From an uncultured Desulfospira sp. (GTDB lineage: Bacteria; Desulfobacterota; Desulfobacteria; Desulfobacterales; Desulfobacteraceae), in NCBI GenBank assembly GCA_963663165.1, contig OY760175.1, forward strand, positions 256,001-320,000: 64,000 nucleotides of DNA, read 5' to 3'. Below the pieces are notes generated by a model. It was not told the origin of the DNA. It saw only the letters and a list, made by a program, of their open reading frames with translations, and did no database searches. Positions 57,715-64,000 of this stretch are shown here, in pieces; positions within the stretch are counted from its first letter, which is position 1, and each line of letters starts with the position of its first letter. Both the position numbers and the translations under genes were made by a program.

Positions 57715-58758
57715 CTATAGGTAATGCCCCTGGGGTGGAACCCGAAGCTGAAGATTTTTTTTCCAGAAGCCAGAAGCCTTTAGCCTGTATACCTCATGGG
57801 TATCGGTCAGGCCAATGCCGAATCGTTTCAGATGGTACCGCCGGGCCCGGATGGTTTCCGGGTCATTGATGCCGTTCACGGTTGAAAACGCGATGGACAG
57901 CCCGCTTTCCTTTACGGCGGCCAGGACTCTTTGATCAAAACGGCCCTCGGGAAAAGCCATGGCGGTAACGGTTTTGTTCAGCCGCATTTCAATGGCGTTT
58001 TTTGAAGAAAGAATCTCGGTTTTAATCTGCTCAGCATCAAGGACCGGCAGGCTTGGCGGATGGCTGGCCGTATGGCCTTCAATAGAAATACCGTTTTTGT
58101 TCAGCTCCCTTAGCTCGTTCCAGGAGCATATCAGCCCGGCATATTGGCCTGAATTAATGTGGCATTGTTCTTCTAACTGCGATAGAAGGTCATTGCGCTG
58201 TTGGATCGACAGGGCTGCAAAATCCGCAAACAATGCATCGTTGGTGATGACCGGAGCAGCGTCGGGGTTGCCCGTGAACCGGTTGAGCGCCTGTTTCATT
58301 TTTTCAAGGGACGAAACCCTTAGCACCATATAATACCGGTCTGCCCAGGGGACGTAAGCCTTATCGGCAAATCCTGAAGTGGCAAAGATAACGGCAGGGA
58401 TATGCCGTTGTTTCAACACCGGATAGGCATGCAGATAATTGTCCCGGTATCCGTCATCAAAGGTAATCATCACGGGATTGTCCGGCAGCGGGTTCCCGTG
58501 AATGACGGCATTTACCACATCTTTAAGGCTGACAATGCTGTAATGGGAAAGAAGATAGTCCATTTGCCATGCAAATGATTTTTTTTCAACAAACATTCCC
58601 CATTGCTGGGGATAGAGCCTGCCGGGGGTAGTCGTGATCCGGTGGTAGGTCAAGACGGTAAGCCCTTTTTTTTTGATACAGTTATAATATCGATCTGCCG
58701 GGAAAATGCTGGTCAGCGGAAAGGCAATCGCTTTTTTAGACAGTGCCTTGATTTTCAC
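57715..58758 (-). CDS. Polysaccharide deacetylase (CE4)
   Basis: LTYHR, ITFDDGYRDN, GHTASHP, AFPEG. Confidence 0.92.
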   Translation of the reverse strand: MKIKALSKKAIAFPLTSIFPADRYYNCIKKKGLTVLTYHRITTTPGRLYPQQWGMFVEKKSFAWQMDYLLSHYSIVSLKDVVNAVIHGNPLPDNPVMITFDDGYRDNYLHAYPVLKQRHIPAVIFATSGFADKAYVPWADRYYMVLRVSSLEKMKQALNRFTGNPDAAPVITNDALFADFAALSIQQRNDLLSQLEEQCHINSGQYAGLICSWNELRELNKNGISIEGHTASHPPSLPVLDAEQIKTEILSSKNAIEMRLNKTVTAMAFPEGRFDQRVLAAVKESGLSIAFSTVNGINDPETIRARRYHLKRFGIGLTDTHEVYRLKASGFWKKNLQLRVPPQGHYL

Positions 58759-59102
58759 TGTTCGCTCCGAATGGTGTTTTTATTTGAATGAAATGTTTGA
58801 TTGTCCATTCATAACAGATGGCACTCCGGGAGTCAACCTGGCGCAAAGGATCTTTGGCCGTCTTAAAAAAAACAATCTGGGGTGGGGGGCCGCCAAACCG
58901 GTTGCCACATTTAGACTTGATGTGCGCTTTTCTTTTGTGGTAATTGGTTGTAACCGATCTGATTGATGATGCCTATGCTGTCCCTGCCCGCCACATTTGC
59001 CGCCCCTGCTCGCCACTAAATGGGGGGTATTGTGGATAAGTAAAGTGTGTAAATTCTATCAATCTGACGACATGGCACCTGACAACACTTTGGAGAAAAT
59101 AA

Positions 59103-59963
59103 TTGAATACAATTGCAACAAAGACCATGAGAGAAAGGCGATTTGAATTCGGTAAAAACTGGCAAAGCTTTTTGGCCACCTTAACCGATGAACGGATCAA
59201 CCTTGCACAGGCATCCATAAAGGAAATGCTTAAGGTTGAAGACCTGAAGGGCAAAACCGTTTTAGATATCGGTTCTGGAAGCGGGTTGTTCTCACTTGCC
59301 GTGCGAAATCTGGGCGCAAAAGTCCACTCCTTTGATTGTGATTCAAACTCCACAGCCTGTACCCGGGAACTTCGCTTACGATATTATCCCAATGATCCTG
59401 ACTGGGTTGTGGAAGACGGTTCGGTGCTGGATAAAGTGTATCTTAAATCCCTTGGCAAATTTGACCTGGTCTATTCATGGGGGGTCCTGCACCATACCGG
59501 AAGCATGTGGGAGGCCATGGAAAACATTGTCCCCCTGGTTAAGGAAAACGGGACCCTTTTTATATCCATATACAATTATCAGAAGGTCCTGTCCAAGTTC
59601 TGGAAAAAGGTAAAGGCAGTGTATTGCTCAGGGGGCATTGGAAAAGCCGTCATTCTCTGTATTTTCTTTCCGTATTATATTTTAAAAAACCTGTTGTTGT
59701 GCGCCATAAAAAAAGAGAACGTTTTTGCCTCGTATAAGAAACAAAGGGGGATGTCCATTGTCCACGACTGGTTTGACTGGCTGGGGGGCTATCCCTTTGA
59801 AGTGGCAAAAGTAGAAGAGATATTTCACTTTTTGCATGAAAGGGGATTTTCGCTAAGCAATATTGCCACCACCAACGGCCTGGGCAATAATCAATTTGTT
59901 TTTGAAAAAAAGGTAACTGTTCAGCAGTGCCCCATCTTCGCTCATTCAGGCCTTCTCACATAG
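59103..59963 (+). CDS. Class I SAM-dependent methyltransferase
   Basis: RFEFGKNW, LDIGSGSG, YSWGVLHHTG, DWLGGYPFE; the last 16 codons derive from a TIR element. Confidence 0.92.
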   Translation: MNTIATKTMRERRFEFGKNWQSFLATLTDERINLAQASIKEMLKVEDLKGKTVLDIGSGSGLFSLAVRNLGAKVHSFDCDSNSTACTRELRLRYYPNDPDWVVEDGSVLDKVYLKSLGKFDLVYSWGVLHHTGSMWEAMENIVPLVKENGTLFISIYNYQKVLSKFWKKVKAVYCSGGIGKAVILCIFFPYYILKNLLLCAIKKENVFASYKKQRGMSIVHDWFDWLGGYPFEVAKVEEIFHFLHERGFSLSNIATTNGLGNNQFVFEKKVTVQQCPIFAHSGLLT

Positions 59964-60064
59964 CAACAGTATGCTACGAAGTCCTGACTAAACAAATATG
60001 AAGCACTGATGAACAGTTACGGACTCTTGTTTTGCTTAGTTTTCAGCATTAGCTGAATAGTTAC
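59913..60064. mobile_element. Small TIR-bounded element (108-bp core 59913-60020) with a second right-end copy ending at 60064
   Basis: GTAACTGTTCAGCAGTGC ... GCACTGATGAACAGTTAC (17/18 inverted), plus GCTGAATAGTTAC at 60052-60064. No clean TSD. Confidence 0.65.
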
Positions 60065-60183
60065 GAAAAATTATCACATCCTTTACAGTTAAGATTGCAA
60101 TGTTCAACTAAATGGACCTCAAATTGTATTTGTTTTTTGGGACTTCTTTTTGCCGTCTGTCTGATGAAATGTTTAACTTGCCT

Positions 60184-60202
60184 GTAGGCGGGCTTTAGCC
60201 CG
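60184..60202 (+). repeat. Single GTAG-type REP-like palindrome
   Basis: GTAG-G-CGGGC-TTTA-GCCCG between convergent genes. Confidence 0.45.
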
Positions 60203-60253
60203 GGGATAATGCGGAGCCGCTCTTTTATGAAGGTTTTCATGATTCCCCTTGGC

Positions 60254-61042
60254 TTATTTTTCCGGTCTCGGATGGCTTTTTATATACCGGATTGTATCCA
60301 TGGCTTTAATGGCGATCTTTCCCAGGATACTTTCCGGTTTATATCCTTTGAATTCTGTTACTTCAATGCCGCCGAACATTTTTTTAAAAAAATTTATCCG
60401 CTCCAGTTCATTACCGGCCCCGGGGGGAGCAATTCCGCCCATGTCGTAAATCCGAAAACCCTTTTTTTTAAATTCTGTCATATCCGCCCAGTGCAGGTAA
60501 CGGTTGGCCCTGCCGATAAGGTTTCGTCTTTCCTGGTCAGCGGCCTGCCTGAAGAATGAGGCTGAATACAGCAGCCGTACACGCAGGCCTGTTTGGTCTA
60601 TGATATAGACATGGTAACACAAAGGGATGCCGTCACCGTCTTTTGCAACCGAACAGCCAAGGGCGTTGTTTAACCGCAGGGCCGACAATCTTTTCCGGCT
60701 GCATGGGGATAAGCCTTTGTCTTTTGCAAACCCGTCATAGAACTGTGCAAATTCCCTTATATCATGTTCTTCAGGGGACAGGTCCATATGGACTGATAAA
60801 TTATCTTTTAGCGCCGCTCTCCTGATTTCATAACGTGTATTCTTTGTCATGCCATCGAGAATCGATTTTTCATCCATGGCCAGGTTTATATGAAGGGTTT
60901 TAAACTCTTCAAATCCGGGTGATTTGGTCATGCACTGGGTATAAACAACAATATCCGTTTTGTTTTTTTCTGCCTGCAGGGCTTTGGCGAAATATACTTC
61001 TTTGATCTTGAGGAGGTATTTTTTTTGTTCAATGGATAACAT
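60254..61042 (-). CDS. FemAB/FemX-like GNAT-fold protein
   Basis: TLHINL..I..M.KNTRYEIRRA, ANRYLHW, YDMGG, INFFKKMFGG. Confidence 0.8.
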   Translation of the reverse strand: MLSIEQKKYLLKIKEVYFAKALQAEKNKTDIVVYTQCMTKSPGFEEFKTLHINLAMDEKSILDGMTKNTRYEIRRAALKDNLSVHMDLSPEEHDIREFAQFYDGFAKDKGLSPCSRKRLSALRLNNALGCSVAKDGDGIPLCYHVYIIDQTGLRVRLLYSASFFRQAADQERRNLIGRANRYLHWADMTEFKKKGFRIYDMGGIAPPGAGNELERINFFKKMFGGIEVTEFKGYKPESILGKIAIKAMDTIRYIKSHPRPEK

Positions 61043-61212
61043 GATAAATAGTAAGCTGTTTAACGTTTAAACCTGATAAGCCGCAATTATAATCGGCTTC
61101 TTGTTTCAGGGCGTCGGAAATCCGTTCAACCCAACAGCCCTGGAATTTCGAATTTGGAAATCAGGGGCCGCCAATTCATATCACAACTAATTTAAAATTG
61201 CAGGGGGGGCTT

Positions 61213-62880
61213 CTAAACGGTTAAGGGGGGATTTGAAGGGGTACTCATATCCCGGGTTCCAATTAAAGGCCGGTTGGCAAGCCCTTCAATAAAGGCTTTG
61301 CACAATGCCTTGTCAACGGCATGTTCATATGGGGTTCCATCCCGGCCCACACCAAAAACTGATCCATCCCATAAAAAGAACGAAAGCAGTTTTTCACTGA
61401 TCCCCTCCCGGTCTGTCAGGTCCTTAAATGCCATGGACGGGTCAAATGGCAGTGCCCGGGGCAGGGGAAACCCCTTGTCAATCCGGGCTTTCACATAGTT
61501 GAGGATTCGGGCAAGCCTAAGCAGGGTCACGCTTTGAACCCTTGTGGTTTCATGCTCAATGGGAAGGGCTGTGGACCTCATAAGAGAGAAGGTCCCGGGC
61601 AGAAGATGTTTTTTTTGGCACATTTTAAAATCAGGGCTGCCAGGGGCCGGATAAAAAATGGAAAGTCCCGCCAGGGTAGGGCGTTTTGCCAGATACAACA
61701 GGTCTTTGACAGAGGATAAGGCGGTCTGGAAAGGGGCCGCGGCAATAATATAGGAGACGGTTGAAAGACCTTGTTCCCGGGCCAGGTCGAGAGCGTTGTC
61801 ATGGGCCTTTCGGACATCCGGGCGGGTAAACCGCCGCAGCTGTTCTGTTGAGGTGGACCCAAGGGACAGGTTCAGGGTTTTAAACCCGGCGTTTTTCATG
61901 GCCGTGATCATGTCACGGTCAAGGGACGGCGGAAACAGGCCGTTCATGGCCCGAAGTTCCGGGGGTTCTTTGCCGAATATTTCGGTGATGCCGTCCAGAA
62001 GGGCCATAAAATAGGGTTTATCAAGGCTCAGGTTCTCATCTTCAAAATCAATGAACCCCACCCTTACCTGACGGGCAAGGCCGCTGATCTCTTTTAAGAC
62101 GTCTTCCACCTTTCTTTGCCGGAACCGGCCGTGGGCAGACCTTGCCGAGACCGAACAATAGGAGCAGGGCATGGGGCATCCCCGGCTGGTCACAATGGTG
62201 AGGCACGCCTTTTTGCCCCGTTGGTAATAATCATGCCTGATATGGGAGATTAATGGTGAGGGCAGGGTGGACAGGTCATCTATCCAGGCCGGGGGATTTA
62301 TGTGAATTTCCTTGTCATGCCTGAAGGCAATGCCCGGGATCCCGCTTAAATCCACGCCGGAGGCAAGGGCCTTACAAAGCTGCGGGAACCCGGTTTCGCC
62401 TTCGCCCCGGATCACATAGTCCACCTGAGGGCATGACAGAACCTGTTCGGGAAAATGGGTGGGGTGATGGCCGCCCAGGACCGTGACGGCATCCGGGTAA
62501 AATTTCTTAACCACCCGGGCGGTTTCCAGGGCCTGGCCGGCATATGCCGTAAAAAGGCAGGATATGCCCACGATAAACGGTTTTTTTTGTCGGACCAGGT
62601 TGCCGATATGCTCAAAGCTGTACCCGTGGTGGCAGAATTTATGGAACAGCGAAAACAAGGACAGATCCTGGCGCCCAAAGTAGGGGGACAGATAGTCAAA
62701 CTCGGGGGGAAGGGCCATTTCCTTTGATTTGTCCGTGGCCAGGGCGTCAAAAATTTCGGTTTGAAATCCCTGTTGTTCAAGGGCGGCGGCTATACCGGCA
62801 AGGCCATAGGGAATGGTCCGTTTCCGGGTAATGTAAAAATCCTCAATCGGCGGCTGAATTAAAAGGATCTTTTGTGGCAC
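61213..62880 (-). CDS. B12-binding-domain radical SAM protein
   Basis: PYGLAGIAA, VGIS, VLGGHHPT, GEGE, TSRGCPMPCSYC, FEDEN. Confidence 0.93.
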   Translation of the reverse strand: MPQKILLIQPPIEDFYITRKRTIPYGLAGIAAALEQQGFQTEIFDALATDKSKEMALPPEFDYLSPYFGRQDLSLFSLFHKFCHHGYSFEHIGNLVRQKKPFIVGISCLFTAYAGQALETARVVKKFYPDAVTVLGGHHPTHFPEQVLSCPQVDYVIRGEGETGFPQLCKALASGVDLSGIPGIAFRHDKEIHINPPAWIDDLSTLPSPLISHIRHDYYQRGKKACLTIVTSRGCPMPCSYCSVSARSAHGRFRQRKVEDVLKEISGLARQVRVGFIDFEDENLSLDKPYFMALLDGITEIFGKEPPELRAMNGLFPPSLDRDMITAMKNAGFKTLNLSLGSTSTEQLRRFTRPDVRKAHDNALDLAREQGLSTVSYIIAAAPFQTALSSVKDLLYLAKRPTLAGLSIFYPAPGSPDFKMCQKKHLLPGTFSLMRSTALPIEHETTRVQSVTLLRLARILNYVKARIDKGFPLPRALPFDPSMAFKDLTDREGISEKLLSFFLWDGSVFGVGRDGTPYEHAVDKALCKAFIEGLANRPLIGTRDMSTPSNPPLTV

Positions 62881-62923
62881 ATCCCGCTCCTTTGTTTACA
62901 TAAAAACCGTCCACAATTAGTCA

Positions 62924-63007
62924 TCACAGCCAATGGCTAAAAGCCAATGGCTAAAAGCTAATGGCTAAAAGCCAACAGCTAAAAGCTAACAGCTAACGGC
63001 TGACAGC
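62924..63007. repeat. Tandem heptamer array (12 units), same family as 400-469
   Basis: TCACAGC CAATGGC TAAAAGC CAATGGC TAAAAGC TAATGGC TAAAAGC CAACAGC TAAAAGC TAACAGC TAACGGC TGACAGC. Confidence 0.92.
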
Positions 63008-63013
63008 TATCCC

Positions 63014-64000
63014 CTACCTGGTTCGGGGAAATCTGGTGATCAGCACAAGGGGAACCAGGGGAATAAAGGCCGTATAAAACAACACCGTTTCAATGCCGTA
63101 AATATCGGAAAGCTTTCCGATTAAAGGAGAGGCCAGCCCCCCAAGGCCGTAAGCAAATCCCATCATCAGGCTTGAGATCATGGCCCGTGATTTCGGGGCC
63201 AGCTTCTGGGCCATGCCCACCCCTAAAGGCATGGGGCCAAACACAAAAAATCCGCCCAGGAAAGCACCCGGATAAACCCAGGCACCGGGCAGGTAAAGAA
63301 AGAGCAGCAGGGTCGGGGTCATGAGCAGAAATAATACAAAAAAGACCGGCTTATATCCGATACGGTCTGCCGTATATCCGGCGGTCAACCCGCTCACGGT
63401 GCCGGATGCCACAAAAAGGGCCACAATCATCCCCACGGACGTCAGTGTATATCCTTTCTGGGCCAGGTATACCGGCATAAATGTCATGAACGCCTGTCCG
63501 GCCACCGCCCTGAGCACCATGACCAGCCAGATCAAAATAATGATTTTATATACCTTTCCCAGAGAATCCTTCAGGGAGCCGATAAACCCTAAGGAGGCCA
63601 TGCCTTCGCTCACCGGTGTGGGCAGGTATCTAAGGCAGAACAGAAAACAGACCAGCCCTAAGCCCATGGTCCAGGGCATGGCATCCAGGCCGAATCTGGC
63701 CACATACCAGGTGATGAATATGGGCCCGACGGAAAAGGCAAAGGTGCCGCCGGTGTTGAATATGGACAGGGAAGTGCCGGTCCGGTTGCCCGCGTAAAGG
63801 GGGACCATGCCCGTGGTGGAAGGGTGAAACATGGATGAGCCAAGGGATCCTAAAAGCAACAGCAGCAAAAGGCTCCAGAAATTAAGGGCAAGCCCGGTAA
63901 AAGGAATGGCAAAAAAAGCCAAAAACAGTCCGGACAGCACAAAAAAACGGCCTTCATGCCGGTCGGCCAGATACCCGACCACAGGCTGGACAATAAAGGA
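63014..64000 (-). CDS. MFS transporter (Fsr-like), 5'-truncated by the window edge
   Basis: Frame open to the window end (SFIVQPVVGYLADR); SSMFHP, S.F..GG, G..ADRIG, SSLMMGFAYG. Confidence 0.9.
   Translation of the reverse strand, partial: SFIVQPVVGYLADRHEGRFFVLSGLFLAFFAIPFTGLALNFWSLLLLLLLGSLGSSMFHPSTTGMVPLYAGNRTGTSLSIFNTGGTFAFSVGPIFITWYVARFGLDAMPWTMGLGLVCFLFCLRYLPTPVSEGMASLGFIGSLKDSLGKVYKIIILIWLVMVLRAVAGQAFMTFMPVYLAQKGYTLTSVGMIVALFVASGTVSGLTAGYTADRIGYKPVFFVLFLLMTPTLLLFLYLPGAWVYPGAFLGGFFVFGPMPLGVGMAQKLAPKSRAMISSLMMGFAYGLGGLASPLIGKLSDIYGIETVLFYTAFIPLVPLVLITRFPRTR

Overview
64 kb of a bacterial chromosome. A sulfate-reducing Desulfobacteraceae (Desulfobacter-like) origin is inferred from gene content and protein style, not proven. 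Left third, housekeeping and envelope genes: manC; a tightly packed yqgE-dynamin-SLOG-rhomboid/DnaJ_C-ydbH-ynbE-ydbL run; recJ, miaB, map, plsC, csp; MarR/MFS; and an RND system followed by DUF2092 and a His-rich secreted protein. Most of the rest (about 29.4-61 kb) is a large Wzy-dependent surface-polysaccharide region. It begins with a vWA-TSP3-OmpA lipoprotein carrying an inserted two-CxxCH (putative diheme c) segment. Next is a tandemly duplicated OPX / co-polymerase / Walker-A-dead kinase triplet, then wzy, an asnB-type amidotransferase, glycosyltransferases and wzx. Further on are a UbiA-GtrA-HAD (+ GT-C-like) lipid-linked pentofuranose module, GNAT/FemAB-like, deacetylase and methyltransferase genes. 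An AT-richer AAA-ATPase/DUF4276 pair interrupts the region. Intergenic DNA holds several small repeat families: a 124-bp MITE in two copies with 10-bp target duplications, a 90-bp double-hairpin repeat, heptamer arrays, and a TIR-bounded element fused to a gene end. No rRNA, tRNA, CRISPR array or transposase gene was recognised. All calls come from motif reading without database searches.
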